This document shows positions 9,798 through 19,905 of a stretch of DNA of 64,000 bases, one piece after another (position 1 is the stretch's first letter; the number at the start of each line of letters is the position of its first letter). Position numbers and translations under genes: made by a program. The notes under the pieces were generated by a model, which was not told the origin of the DNA, did no database searches, and saw only the letters and a program-made list of their open reading frames with translations. Location of the stretch: the NCBI GenBank assembly GCA_024672315.1, contig GCA_024672315.1_4714.1; one strand, given 5' to 3'. Source of the DNA: a phage.

Positions 9798-12700
9798 TTA
9801 AATGGTTGGTTTTACATCACGTAATAAGGCAATATAATAGCCTAATCCTCGGAGGATCTCCCCACTCCAGAAACCAAAATACATTCCGTCTCTGCCGAGA
9901 TTAGCGCTATCTGGTGCAGGACTCCACCCACCATTCATTACGTCGTCAACAGTGTAATGGTTGATGTAGTTCTCAACGATTTCGTTATAAGCATTAACCG
10001 CAACAGAATAGCCTTTATCGTTGGGATGTCCGTACAACATTGCTAACGACGCACCCGCCAACCATAATCCCGCCATGTGACCAGTAAAGTCATTAGGGAT
10101 AAAAGCAGGGGGTTTATCCATCGGAAAATCCGTAGGGGATTGATAAGCGTTTTCCTGTTGATACGTAAACAAGAAATCGATCCAATGACTGATGTAAGTG
10201 GTTAATTTCTCAGGGACAGCCAAACCATGATCAAGCAGTCCAGCATAAAGCCTCACCGCTGAGAAGAAAGCCCTCGGCTGATAACCGGACCATGCCGTCT
10301 GATCGCCGAAGTGGTACATCGTAAAATCGTTAACTTTTGATCCGCTTGGCGCATCCCAACGATCCCACACGTACGCACTTGCCCCTGGCCCTAAAACCCC
10401 GAATTTCTGATAATACCACTGTTGTGAGTCATACCAGAAATTCACAACGTTCTGAATCATGAGGTCACGTCGTTCAGTCGGTACTTCCATATCCAGGAAG
10501 ACCCATGGATGTTGGTAGCCGGGATAAGGCTGACCACGCCAACTGTCGAACGTCGGTGCGTTAGGGATATAGTTGTTCGAGAACGGAATAATACCAGGAG
10601 TATAAGGCAGTGGGTCAAGACGTTGGTTGACAATCGTGCAATCGCCAACACGTAATGTTCCCTCTGCCTCAAAGGTTGCTTTTAACGTAAACAACATGGT
10701 ATATCCGTCATCCGTGGTGTAAGTTGACGGTGGATTGTTGATGGCGTAAAGCTTAAATACCCCTTCAGCGATATCGCTGTCGTCAGGCAAGAACAGAATT
10801 TCAGTTGAGCCATCGCCCCACACAGGTGCAGAAGGTTTAGGGTCAGTATCAGCGTGGCCCGGTTGATACCCTGAAAGCGTCCATCCGTTCACCGAAAGCG
10901 TCAACGTATTTCTTGCCGTGGTGGCCGGTAGCATATACCACCATCGCCAACCATTTGCATCTTCTACACGAACGTTGTAGTCAATCGACGCGAAATAACT
11001 GACCTGTCTTACGATCTGTTTTGCTGTTGGATTGAATTCAAATTGCCCGCCTGCTGCAGTAAGCTGCGCTTTTAGGAACAACCCATCCCAGGAATCTTCC
11101 ACCGCTTCGCTGAATTCTGTTGTGATGGCGACATCATCTTTCCAGCCGACTTTATCAGCCGATATCAACACAGAACCTGTAACAACATCACCGGTTGGTG
11201 TTGAAGCTTCATCAACCGCATCGGCAGGAATCAACGAGCCTATTTTGAAATCCCATTCTTTCGGTTCAGCGCTGGAAGGTAGTACCAGTTTGTACGTTTT
11301 GGCGTTCGCTTCGGTTTTGTCCAAAGAAAGCGATAATGAGATCTCAACCGGAATTGCAACACCTGCTGTATCTTTACCTCCGCAGGTTACACGAAGAATT
11401 GAATCACGATTGACGCGGAACGGAATGGCCTGCTGCTCAAGGTAAATTTGTGCTGAAGATGCTTGAATCACGATCCAGCCATCGGTATCACGCGTGATTG
11501 TAAACGGTGCTTTCGATGGGTATGTATACGTGTAAGCGATACCGTCGGTGTCGTAACGATCGGTTCCTTTTACCTGACGGAAGAACTTATCATTGGCGTC
11601 GATACGGGTATATTCTTCAATCGTAAACAACGATGCCTTGTACGCTTTCTGATAACGCTCCTGCTGCGTTAAACGGTATAAGGTGTAGGCTGCTTCACAA
11701 AACCACTGTTCAGCGTCTGACGCGTTTCCCATGTAGTCTCTGGTGACCGGCACCTGGATCGGTCGGTTATGCTGACATTCGTTCGTTTTGATAAGGTATC
11801 CGCCATATTCAACAGGAACACGGGGTGCCCATGCAACCAAGTAAGAACCGTTGACGGATTTATCTTTGAGTACGATAGTACCTACTTCATCGTCAGTACA
11901 CGCTTCAAGATCGTCTCCGTCAGCACTTACGTAACGTTTTGTGCGTAACGCAACTTTCTCGATAGGGAACACCGTACCCTTTGTATCCCAGTCAATTGTC
12001 CCATCATCATTGGTTTTGAACACATCCGCGTTCAAATTCTGCCAGCCGAGTTTACCCTCATAGACCTGAACAACAAGATCCATGTATTCCCCGAACGTTG
12101 GCGCACCGTGTGTTATTTTTCCGATACCGTTGGTGAATGTAACCGCTGTGTCATGGAAACCGCCATGTGTTGGGTAATCGTCTTTTGCAAGAGGATAATG
12201 GGCCAACACAGGTTGTTTACCATTAACAATCCAGTTAGCGATCCAGCGTGCTGGTGTATCCGGTGGTTCAAGGCCTGCATAGAACGCATTTATATACGCA
12301 TCGAACGATGCCTCCGCTAATGTGAGATAATGCGCTTTAAGCTTGGTATCATCCGTTGTATGACTGAATATACCCGCACCCAGAATTAACAACGACTGTC
12401 CTTCTGTTGTTGCGTCACCGTCCGGTTGTGCTTCTTGTCGTGTTGCTGCAATGAAATGACGGTTGTTTACCATGACTCCGCTTTCATTTAACACGTAATG
12501 ATCGGTTTCTGGATCGGTAAACGTTCCTGTGTTTCGGGTTAAGAATCTTGCATGACCATAACCAACGAAATTAACCGGCGACGCCGTAAGCACCCATTTA
12601 CCGATAAGTTGAGCGACGTCATTATAACGCTCCGATGCGGTGATTTGTTTCACGTACCAATCTTTACGGTTAAATGTCCAGAGCAGGAAGTAATAGGTTG

Positions 12701-13394
12701 TATTGATTTCCATCACTGGGAACGTCGGCGTTAACGGCTCCAGCGTTAAGTAGTTGCTCCAATCAATCTGTCCACCAACCACCGATGGGGTAATCTCTAA
12801 TAACTGACACCATTCATAACGGTTCGGTACACTACCGGACGTTGTTGGTAAAGGTAACTTGTATACGCCAGTACGATTCAGATCGAACGCTTTTCTAGCC
12901 GATCCTAAATCAACATAAATACTCGATGATGCGCTTGCATCAGATGCCTCCAAAGCACCTAGCGTTGACCGATACATTGAGATGAACAACGTATCTTTCC
13001 AGTAAGGGTTATCCTCGGTTGGTTCTAAAGCGATTTGTGCGGAGATGCTGTTCCATGTCCCTAACTGGTATGCTGCATTTAAAGATTCTTCCGTGAAATA
13101 ACTTTCCGCAATCGCCAGATGGAACTGTTCATTCAATAACGCGAGTGCACTGCGACCGGTAACATCCTCGTTACCGGTTTCTTTTTTCATGATCGCGCCG
13201 AACGGAAACAGTGTCGCGAATGACCGTTTTGGTTTATTAACCGTAACCGTCCCCGTGTATTTTCCAACACCATCAAGTTTTTGACTATCGCCAACAGCAG
13301 TGACTGCGATACCATCAACCGGGATATCTGTTTTATTTAGTATATTGAGTTGGTCAACCAGATCCTGCTTATCGTCAGGTAAGAATGTCGCCAT
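9798..13394 (-). CDS. large virion/tailspike-like protein (1198 aa)
   Basis: Very long ORF in fiber cluster, aromatic-rich, preceded by a fiber N-domain paralog gene; function not assignable from sequence. Confidence 0.55.
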   Translation of the reverse strand: MATFLPDDKQDLVDQLNILNKTDIPVDGIAVTAVGDSQKLDGVGKYTGTVTVNKPKRSFATLFPFGAIMKKETGNEDVTGRSALALLNEQFHLAIAESYFTEESLNAAYQLGTWNSISAQIALEPTEDNPYWKDTLFISMYRSTLGALEASDASASSSIYVDLGSARKAFDLNRTGVYKLPLPTTSGSVPNRYEWCQLLEITPSVVGGQIDWSNYLTLEPLTPTFPVMEINTTYYFLLWTFNRKDWYVKQITASERYNDVAQLIGKWVLTASPVNFVGYGHARFLTRNTGTFTDPETDHYVLNESGVMVNNRHFIAATRQEAQPDGDATTEGQSLLILGAGIFSHTTDDTKLKAHYLTLAEASFDAYINAFYAGLEPPDTPARWIANWIVNGKQPVLAHYPLAKDDYPTHGGFHDTAVTFTNGIGKITHGAPTFGEYMDLVVQVYEGKLGWQNLNADVFKTNDDGTIDWDTKGTVFPIEKVALRTKRYVSADGDDLEACTDDEVGTIVLKDKSVNGSYLVAWAPRVPVEYGGYLIKTNECQHNRPIQVPVTRDYMGNASDAEQWFCEAAYTLYRLTQQERYQKAYKASLFTIEEYTRIDANDKFFRQVKGTDRYDTDGIAYTYTYPSKAPFTITRDTDGWIVIQASSAQIYLEQQAIPFRVNRDSILRVTCGGKDTAGVAIPVEISLSLSLDKTEANAKTYKLVLPSSAEPKEWDFKIGSLIPADAVDEASTPTGDVVTGSVLISADKVGWKDDVAITTEFSEAVEDSWDGLFLKAQLTAAGGQFEFNPTAKQIVRQVSYFASIDYNVRVEDANGWRWWYMLPATTARNTLTLSVNGWTLSGYQPGHADTDPKPSAPVWGDGSTEILFLPDDSDIAEGVFKLYAINNPPSTYTTDDGYTMLFTLKATFEAEGTLRVGDCTIVNQRLDPLPYTPGIIPFSNNYIPNAPTFDSWRGQPYPGYQHPWVFLDMEVPTERRDLMIQNVVNFWYDSQQWYYQKFGVLGPGASAYVWDRWDAPSGSKVNDFTMYHFGDQTAWSGYQPRAFFSAVRLYAGLLDHGLAVPEKLTTYISHWIDFLFTYQQENAYQSPTDFPMDKPPAFIPNDFTGHMAGLWLAGASLAMLYGHPNDKGYSVAVNAYNEIVENYINHYTVDDVMNGGWSPAPDSANLGRDGMYFGFWSGEILRGLGYYIALLRDVKPTI

Positions 13395-13407
13395 TATTTA
13401 CTCCACC

Positions 13408-14238
13408 TTAATCGTAACTAAAATAAAGTTTGCTGCTGACGCCGCTATCGGAATGAGGTTTTAACACCAGAACAGAGCTTCCGAACGACGGAAGTATTGG
13501 AACATTTAAATCGTTTGCGTCGGCAACTTTTCCATTATAAACGACACTGGCTGTTGTGATGAGTTCCCAAGCCGAGGCATAACTCATTGAAATCAGCGAT
13601 GAGGCTAAACGGAATGCGTTGTATCCTTCGGGAGTATCTCCAACCGACATCGAACGTATCGCATCTTGCGGCGGTAAATTTAGCTTGATGCCGTATGTAC
13701 TGAATGTGTGGAAATCCCCTTGTTTACTATCTTCTGGATAATACGAGGTTAGTGGTTCTCGTACCGTAAACAGTTCGCTAATATCGGCACTTACATCTTT
13801 TCGTGCGAGGAATTGAAACGTACCGTACCACGATGCTGACGCGTCAGAAAGAACGGGAACAGATATGGTTTTCTCGCCGCTTTCAAATTTAACCTGTGAC
13901 GCTAACGCTGAAGAATCAAAGATCGTTAAATCGATCTTCAACCCATACTTCTTAAACAGCTGCGTTAAGCAGTCTGCTGTCGTCGTCTTATCAGCAACGA
14001 CAATAAAAGGTTGGTGTTTGATAAAGAGCTTATTAATATCGCGACGTTGAAGATAAACCTGTACGGGGTCTTCGACGTAGTAAACCGATTGTGGTGTGGG
14101 GGCTATAGAAAGGCGTAACCGACCTGATGCACCATACCAGGCTGGCGTTAACGTAATGTCTGACAGAGACAGCGGATGCTGGAGATAAGCGTTTATTTTA
14201 GATAACGCTTCTTCCTGCCACGATGCTTCAGGATACAT
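13408..14238 (-). CDS. fiber N-domain paralog (276 aa)
   Basis: Motif YLQRRDINKLFIKHQPFIVVADKT aligns with RRDIAKAFLGIP family; directly upstream of 1198-aa gene. Confidence 0.55.
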   Translation of the reverse strand: MYPEASWQEEALSKINAYLQHPLSLSDITLTPAWYGASGRLRLSIAPTPQSVYYVEDPVQVYLQRRDINKLFIKHQPFIVVADKTTTADCLTQLFKKYGLKIDLTIFDSSALASQVKFESGEKTISVPVLSDASASWYGTFQFLARKDVSADISELFTVREPLTSYYPEDSKQGDFHTFSTYGIKLNLPPQDAIRSMSVGDTPEGYNAFRLASSLISMSYASAWELITTASVVYNGKVADANDLNVPILPSFGSSVLVLKPHSDSGVSSKLYFSYD

Positions 14239-14320
14239 ACTGACCTCATAGATGATCGTTGATAGGAAAGAAACCTAATTCATACCATGGGAACCTCAAA
14301 AAAAAACGAAAAATAGGAAA

Positions 14321-14353
14321 ACGGTGTTCATCCCTAAAAAGGATGAACACCGT
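14321..14353 (-). terminator. intrinsic terminator (13-bp stem plus T-tract)
   Basis: acggtgttcatcc-ctaaaaa-ggatgaacaccgt, followed on minus strand by TTTTCCTATTTTTCGTTTTTTTTT. Confidence 0.75.
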
Positions 14354-14372
14354 GTACCGTTATATCGAACGA

Positions 14373-14948
14373 TTAGTAAGGAATCAGATCGTTAAGCTTT
14401 TCTTCTTCAATGACAAAGAAGTTGTTCTGGTCGTCTAAATCTGTTAACAGGACTTGTCCGACAGTAAAGCAAGTGCCGCCCTTCTTAGGCATCCATACCG
14501 GCTCATTCGTTACCTTATCGGGATACCATTTGAAACGATTGGTGTCTAAGAAGAACGCTGCTTTGTTCGCTTTATCGGTTGAACGATAGCTAACCAATGC
14601 AGGCCACTCAATCCAGGTGTTTGTGCACGGCACATGTAAAGGATACCATGCGCGCCAGCGTTTGCCTGGCCTGTTAGGATCAACCCAATACTCGGCAGTC
14701 AATACAGCATCTTTATAATGTTTCTGCATTAACATTTCGAGCACAAGCTCATTGCCTTTAGACGCATCTAAAGTCACTTCCGTCATATAAAGCGATTTAG
14801 GTAATTCAGACTGTTTTGCGGGTGTTACAACACCGGTAACCAACGGTCTGCTCGGTTTACGTTTCTGTTCTTTCCGACGTGTGTAAAAGAATAGTCCGAT
14901 AGATACAGCAACAAGGATAATAAACAACACTACCTTAATCCAATTCAT
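14373..14948 (-). CDS. membrane-anchored protein (191 aa)
   Basis: N-terminal TM helix MNWIKVVLFIILVAVSIGLFFY followed by basic stretch. Confidence 0.5.
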   Translation of the reverse strand: MNWIKVVLFIILVAVSIGLFFYTRRKEQKRKPSRPLVTGVVTPAKQSELPKSLYMTEVTLDASKGNELVLEMLMQKHYKDAVLTAEYWVDPNRPGKRWRAWYPLHVPCTNTWIEWPALVSYRSTDKANKAAFFLDTNRFKWYPDKVTNEPVWMPKKGGTCFTVGQVLLTDLDDQNNFFVIEEEKLNDLIPY

Positions 14949-15712
14949 TCGTCAATATCTCCTTCTACAAACAGAGTCAATTTGATTTCAGGATCATAGA
15001 ACATGGTAATCACATCATCTTGCTCTACTGAACGCTGTGCTGTCCATATTAACTGTTCATCCCGAATATCAAATTTATGTCGTTCGTCACTCACCACAGC
15101 TTCCGCATCAACGTAATGGTAAACATCACCGAGAGGATTCTCAATCCAGCCGCGTACCATCAAACGTTCTTTTTGTTTACGTGTAAAGAAGCGATAAGGA
15201 TCTTCGCATGTGCGCCATACGTCCCCGTTCTCGTTAACCAGTTCATCATAAACTTTAGAGAGTTCGTCAGGTACCGGAATCAAAATGTTATCTTGATAGT
15301 TCGACCAGAAACGACGTACATCTTGGATCAACTCGTCGCCCGGGAGTTTAGTCGCTATGTTACTATAATCGATTTCAACAGTATCGATATCAAGACGGGT
15401 AAACGGAAGAGCGTCTAGGTTTCCCACCATGACCTCGATACCATCATGATGGACACGAATCCATCCGTCGAACCATCTGTACCCATCAGCTTGATATAAC
15501 GTTGTGTGATAAGTGACGACGTTAATATCCTCGAACGATTCTAATAAGGCTTTAGCGGCTAAAAGCGGCGAAAAGTTCTTCGATTGTCCTGGTTTACGTA
15601 TTTCTTCTTTGATGAACAATTTACCAAGCGTCGGGTGTTCAACAACAAAACCACAGGAAAGCATGATGCTTCCTTGATAACGTGCTTCTTGCATTTTCCA
15701 TTCCTCAAACAA
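14945..15712 (-). CDS. hypothetical protein (255 aa)
   Basis: ORF, 4-nt overlap with downstream gene. Confidence 0.5.
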   Translation of the reverse strand: MFEEWKMQEARYQGSIMLSCGFVVEHPTLGKLFIKEEIRKPGQSKNFSPLLAAKALLESFEDINVVTYHTTLYQADGYRWFDGWIRVHHDGIEVMVGNLDALPFTRLDIDTVEIDYSNIATKLPGDELIQDVRRFWSNYQDNILIPVPDELSKVYDELVNENGDVWRTCEDPYRFFTRKQKERLMVRGWIENPLGDVYHYVDAEAVVSDERHKFDIRDEQLIWTAQRSVEQDDVITMFYDPEIKLTLFVEGDIDE

Positions 15713-15771
15713 AAGATTGTCTTTTACGCGACATGATTACTAATACACAGGTTACTGAATTTCTGTAAAAG

Positions 15772-16302
15772 TTAATGTTTGTTCTTTACGAACTCTACCG
15801 CTTCCAGAATAGCAGCGTTTAATCGTTGACCGCGTTCCTCCATTGTCCCGCCATCGCGATGTTTGAAATTAACCGAGTGGATATCCCAAGCCCAGTAATG
15901 TGTCTCCGGCGTGTCGTCTTCTTTGGTGGGATCGCTCAATCTGTTAACCCCGATTCGCCAAATATAATCAGCGGGTTGTCGTCGTAAGCATTCACCTATA
16001 GCGTCTATATAAGACAACCCTTCGGTCGTCACAGCGACGATAACGTGCGGATGCTTACGAACAACCTTTGTGCTTGTTTTCCCATCAACGACCACTTTAC
16101 GGGTTACATTATCGTGTCCTTCGCATGACCACATCGGTGCAATACCAGGCGCATCTAACAACGCCTGGCACGCGGGTAATATTCCGGGTTCAATGACTCC
16201 TTCCTTGATAGCCATCCATGCACGTTCTTTGAATATCGCTAATTGTTCTTCGCTGACAACAAAAGAAAACATAATTACTCCTTTCTGGTTCTTCCCCTCC
16301 AC
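15772..16302 (-). CDS. hypothetical protein (176 aa)
   Basis: ORF; start uncertain. Confidence 0.45.
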   Translation of the reverse strand: MEGKNQKGVIMFSFVVSEEQLAIFKERAWMAIKEGVIEPGILPACQALLDAPGIAPMWSCEGHDNVTRKVVVDGKTSTKVVRKHPHVIVAVTTEGLSYIDAIGECLRRQPADYIWRIGVNRLSDPTKEDDTPETHYWAWDIHSVNFKHRDGGTMEERGQRLNAAILEAVEFVKNKH

Positions 16303-16344
16303 AGCCTCAGGAAGAGAAGAACCGTTTGCTAAGTTGCTAAGTAA

Positions 16345-16602
16345 TTAAAATGCGTTGATTGGGTTGTTCAGCGCTTTATCGCGGATTTGAATCGCCGCCA
16401 ACATCGCTTTCTGGTACGAATCGTAAGCATCAACAGAAACCGTCATATCAACCAATTTCTCTAATACGGATTCAGCCGCTTTTACACGAACGCGGAACTT
16501 GGTGATGGCGTTATCTTTGTTACGGTAAACCGTGATATGGTGCAGCGGCTGAACGTTAGTTTTATTTGTTTTAACGGATTTAGTTGCTTTGATCGTTTTC
16601 AT
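16345..16602 (-). CDS. hypothetical protein (85 aa)
   Basis: ORF with AGGAA-type RBS upstream of ATG. Confidence 0.45.
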   Translation of the reverse strand: MKTIKATKSVKTNKTNVQPLHHITVYRNKDNAITKFRVRVKAAESVLEKLVDMTVSVDAYDSYQKAMLAAIQIRDKALNNPINAF

Positions 16603-16656
16603 GATGATTTCCTTCTTTATTAGGATGATTACATTTAGTCAGTTTAACAGCATAAA

Positions 16657-16681
16657 CCCTTCCTGCGTAATGCAGGAAGGG
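16657..16681 (-). terminator. hairpin downstream of endolysin gene
   Basis: cccttcctgc-gtaat-gcaggaaggg; followed on minus strand by GTTTATGCTG. Confidence 0.55.
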
Positions 16682-16695
16682 CATACGGATTTGTT

Positions 16696-17193
16696 TTACG
16701 TGTGACGTCGTTTACCAAAGAAAATGTGACTGTCTACCACGGTGATATTGGTAGCATGTTTTCTGAAATGTTTAGGGCGAAGATGTTTCGCGTTAAAGAA
16801 TACGGCTCCTCGTGTTGGGTCGGCTTTATGGTAAGCCGCAATGTCAGTATAACGTAATGTTGCGACCTCTCGCGCTATTGCTCTTGCTCGCTCAAAAGCA
16901 GCATGATCGCGTATGATAATACGCCTTTGTTTTGTCCAGGGGAATTGACCTCTTTGCAGTACGACGTCTTTGACGTTCGTAGGGAATCGGTAGTCCATAG
17001 ATCGATTATGTATTAAAAACGCCACGGAGTATTGCCCTTTTACAGATTCGCCTCTGGCTTCCATATACACAGCGCATGCGACGATCTCTTTCCGGCAATC
17101 GATTCTAGGTCCTGCGTTCACTGATGCTTGACTGAACGGTGTGATAAGCAACATAACAAGCCCTAAAATCAACGTGTGTAAAATACCTTGCAT
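16696..17193 (-). CDS. cell wall hydrolase, SleB/CwlJ (Hydrolase_2) type endolysin with N-terminal signal peptide
   Basis: Core AVYMEARGESVKGQYSVAFLIHNRSMDYRFPTNVKDVVLQRGQFPW matches the SleB-type hydrolase signature; N-terminus LILGLVMLLITPFSQASV is a signal peptide. Confidence 0.75.
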   Translation of the reverse strand: MQGILHTLILGLVMLLITPFSQASVNAGPRIDCRKEIVACAVYMEARGESVKGQYSVAFLIHNRSMDYRFPTNVKDVVLQRGQFPWTKQRRIIIRDHAAFERARAIAREVATLRYTDIAAYHKADPTRGAVFFNAKHLRPKHFRKHATNITVVDSHIFFGKRRHT

Positions 17194-17445
17194 CTTAATA
17201 ACCTCACGATAAGGTGCTGTCCACTGGCGTCTTGATAACGCATCCCATCATCGGGTTGTTCTATTCAGCGGGCAGCAGGTTAGCGTCAGATGTTTGCCCG
17301 ACATCCACGACAGAAATAAGCGGTACTGAAATTACGGTCTCCTCTGGTTTGGCAATAAACATAACGTTGGATAACAGAACCCATTTCCCGCATCCAACGC
17401 GGTAAAGGTGTACATCGTTTGAATTCATATAGTTTCTCAAAGATG

Positions 17446-17766
17446 TTAACCTCTACCGTCAAGCCATAGGTTGTATTTATCCCGAACATACGGATCGCGA
17501 TAAATACGTCGATAGACTTGATGTGGTATAAACTCGCAATGTACGAGTTCGTCGCTTAATTTATGACGTCGCTCCATACCGTTGTGTATACGACGTATCT
17601 CCCGGATATTAAAGGTTGTTTTATTCAAGAGAATAGACATAATGGCGGATCGATGATCCAGATTAAAGATCGCCATCACGCTTCGTATCTCACGTAAAAC
17701 AACTTCTCTATCGACAAGGATGCGATTAGTTAACTTAAGATTCTCCGTGATACCCATAACCTTCAT
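17446..17766 (-). CDS. hypothetical protein (~106 aa)
   Basis: Track ORF 17446-17814 trimmed to internal Met to reduce overlap; start uncertain. Confidence 0.35.
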   Translation of the reverse strand: MKVMGITENLKLTNRILVDREVVLREIRSVMAIFNLDHRSAIMSILLNKTTFNIREIRRIHNGMERRHKLSDELVHCEFIPHQVYRRIYRDPYVRDKYNLWLDGRG

Positions 17767-18106
17767 CCTCGACACGTCGACACATCGGTAAAAATAAACA
17801 CCAGCTTGTTGCACTGAGGATCGCTGTTGCGATGATATTTGCGATATCGCTCAGTCGAGCATCGACCTGCCACATAACAAGCATAAAAAGAACGTACGCG
17901 AACCCATACACAACAAACCGTTTGATGTTACGCGTCGACCATGTACAAATATACAAAAGGGGAAGCTGCCCTATAACACAAACGATGGTTCGGATAACGT
18001 AATAAACGCGTTCCGTCGTTGTTTCAAAATCGATATTCGCTGCAGAAATCCCAATCATTATAAAAGTGAAAATGAAATAGATTTTTGCGTATGTCTTTAA
18101 ACTCAT
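17735..18106 (-). CDS. membrane protein (123 aa), lysis-associated candidate
   Basis: Multiple hydrophobic helices (IYFIFTFIMIGISAA, FAYVLFMLVMW, IIATAILSATSWCLFL); near endolysin. Confidence 0.45.
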   Translation of the reverse strand: MSLKTYAKIYFIFTFIMIGISAANIDFETTTERVYYVIRTIVCVIGQLPLLYICTWSTRNIKRFVVYGFAYVLFMLVMWQVDARLSDIANIIATAILSATSWCLFLPMCRRVEDEGYGYHGES

Positions 18107-18122
18107 GGTTTTTCCCGATCGT

Positions 18123-18356
18123 TTATTTGTGTTTTCCTACATTCCTCAACAAGGTAACGATAACGAATACCGCTATCATCAAGAAGACGAACCATAACCC
18201 TACGTTAATTCGGGCAGCAGGTTCATCGACCATGAAGAACATCATCCCACAAAACCCAATGACCATCCATGCTAGAACCATCCCCGTTAATCCCCGTAGT
18301 AGCATATGTCCCATCATGAACTCCTTCTTACTTTTTCTGATAAAGCGATGATTCAA
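18123..18356 (-). CDS. small two-TM membrane protein (77 aa), holin-like candidate
   Basis: Two hydrophobic segments (GMVLAWMVIGFCGMMFFMV; LWFVFLMIAVFVIVTLL) and basic C-terminus. Confidence 0.4.
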   Translation of the reverse strand: MNHRFIRKSKKEFMMGHMLLRGLTGMVLAWMVIGFCGMMFFMVDEPAARINVGLWFVFLMIAVFVIVTLLRNVGKHK

Positions 18357-18490
18357 ATTTTAGAAACATCACTAATGCGAATGCGAGTAATAACGCACGT
18401 ACCCACATACCTCCTTGATAACTGTTGTACAACATAAAGACCAGAGCGATGCCGCCCATATGCAGGCGGCACTTATCGAACAGTGTTGGT

Positions 18491-18718
18491 TTATACATAA
18501 GTGATTAAACGTTGAATGATTTTTACTTTGCCTTTACCTGGACCTTTCTTGCGGCGATTCAACAGACGGATACGGGTTCGAGTTACAACGTCGCCGTCAT
18601 AATCAGCCTGGAACTGTGATAAAAAAGCAGGCTGTATCGGATCGACACCAGGATTGCTATAGAAAGGATTGAGACCTAAAAGAGGGTTAACTGGAATCAT
18701 CGCATTGTCCTTACTCAA
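18491..18718 (-). CDS. small basic protein with KKGPGKGK motif (75 aa)
   Basis: C-terminus RIRLLNRRKKGPGKGKVKII; paralogous motif in ORFs at 34968-35533. Confidence 0.45.
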   Translation of the reverse strand: MSKDNAMIPVNPLLGLNPFYSNPGVDPIQPAFLSQFQADYDGDVVTRTRIRLLNRRKKGPGKGKVKIIQRLITYV

Positions 18719-19069
18719 TTATTTACCCAGATAGAGGTATTCACCACCCTGAACAACACCGGTTGCTGGATCAACAAGTATACGAACCCGTGCGTAGGTC
18801 TTGAAAGAGGGGTTGAAAACTTCGAAGTCTGCCACTTTCAATTTCACGCTGGGGTTGGTAGGGTTCTTAACTCCGGGAAGTTCTTTCGGGGTACCGAAAT
18901 CAACACCACATTCTTCAAGGTCTGCTGGCGTCATGCTCTCCATGGCCATGTAGATTGCTTTTGCTTTATCGTAAACCTCTGGGCTATCCAGCAATCCAGC
19001 CTGTGCTGAACCGACAACACTACCGAACAGAATAGCAACAGCAACAAACAATTTAGTTAACGTTTTCAT
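18719..19069 (-). CDS. secreted protein (116 aa)
   Basis: Signal peptide MKTLTKLFVAVAILFGSVVGSAQA. Confidence 0.55.
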   Translation of the reverse strand: MKTLTKLFVAVAILFGSVVGSAQAGLLDSPEVYDKAKAIYMAMESMTPADLEECGVDFGTPKELPGVKNPTNPSVKLKVADFEVFNPSFKTYARVRILVDPATGVVQGGEYLYLGK

Positions 19070-19105
19070 GATATTTTCCTCGAAAGTAAAATGTTACAAT
19101 ACCTA

Positions 19106-19528
19106 TTAACGTACGGCCGCTACGCTGTTAGCGCATGCCTGAATATCATCGGTATTTACGATGATGGTTTCGTTAAACGCACGAATACGCGCACGACGTG
19201 CTTCTTTAAGGCTGGCGATTGCGCTAGTAGCTTGATCTGTATTCGCAAGGCTAATAACCGGGATCAAACGCATGTCAGGACTGCAGATATTCAATGCTTG
19301 GTATACACGTCCATTGATTCCTACGGTATCAGACATCGGATAGTGCGCACGGCATTGAAATTGACCCATGACAACAAGCGAACGATCGGAGATACCAATC
19401 TGATAACGACCGTCTTCGCTGTAGGCGTAACAGTTATTCCCACGAGCCATCCAGTTAGCCTGTGCTTGCGTGCTAACAAAAGCCAGAGTGGTGACGATAG
19501 CGAATACGATATTTTTGAACAGTTTCAT
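19106..19528 (-). CDS. secreted protein (~140 aa)
   Basis: Start reassigned to ATG at 19528 (MKLFKNIVFAIVTTLAFVSTQAQA signal peptide) with GAGGA RBS; track start 19573 lies in hairpin. Confidence 0.55.
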   Translation of the reverse strand: MKLFKNIVFAIVTTLAFVSTQAQANWMARGNNCYAYSEDGRYQIGISDRSLVVMGQFQCRAHYPMSDTVGINGRVYQALNICSPDMRLIPVISLANTDQATSAIASLKEARRARIRAFNETIIVNTDDIQACANSVAAVR

Positions 19529-19562
19529 GATAAAGATCCTCGTTGAAATAAAATCGGTATAA

Positions 19563-19585
19563 AGGCCCCCCATTTAGGGGGACCT
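19563..19585 (-). terminator. hairpin
   Basis: agg(c)ccccc-attta-ggggg(a)cct; followed on minus strand by CTTTATACCG. Confidence 0.4.
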
Positions 19586-19587
19586 GA

Positions 19588-19905
19588 TTAGTTTGCGCGT
19601 AAGAAACGACCCAGAACCGTTACGATTGGAAACAGCCCTGTAACAGTATCATCGCCCGAAAACATCATCATTGTTCCGTTAACGGTGATGAAACGGATGT
19701 CTGTTGCGGACCCATCGATAGCGACAAAACGCATCGAGTTCGGTGGAAGGTCCTCAACCACTTCCACGAGATACTCGCGATTGTCAAAGGCTTCTTTAAC
19801 ACGACGCATGAAACGAATCAATGTTCCTTCCGCGTCGGCTTCCAAATGACCTAAGATATCGCGATTATTACGAATAGCAAATACAGCCATTTTAAACATA
19901 CACAT
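19588..19905 (-). CDS. hypothetical protein (105 aa)
   Basis: First ORF downstream of the 25-bp TATATTAC element. Confidence 0.45.
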   Translation of the reverse strand: MCMFKMAVFAIRNNRDILGHLEADAEGTLIRFMRRVKEAFDNREYLVEVVEDLPPNSMRFVAIDGSATDIRFITVNGTMMMFSGDDTVTGLFPIVTVLGRFLRAN

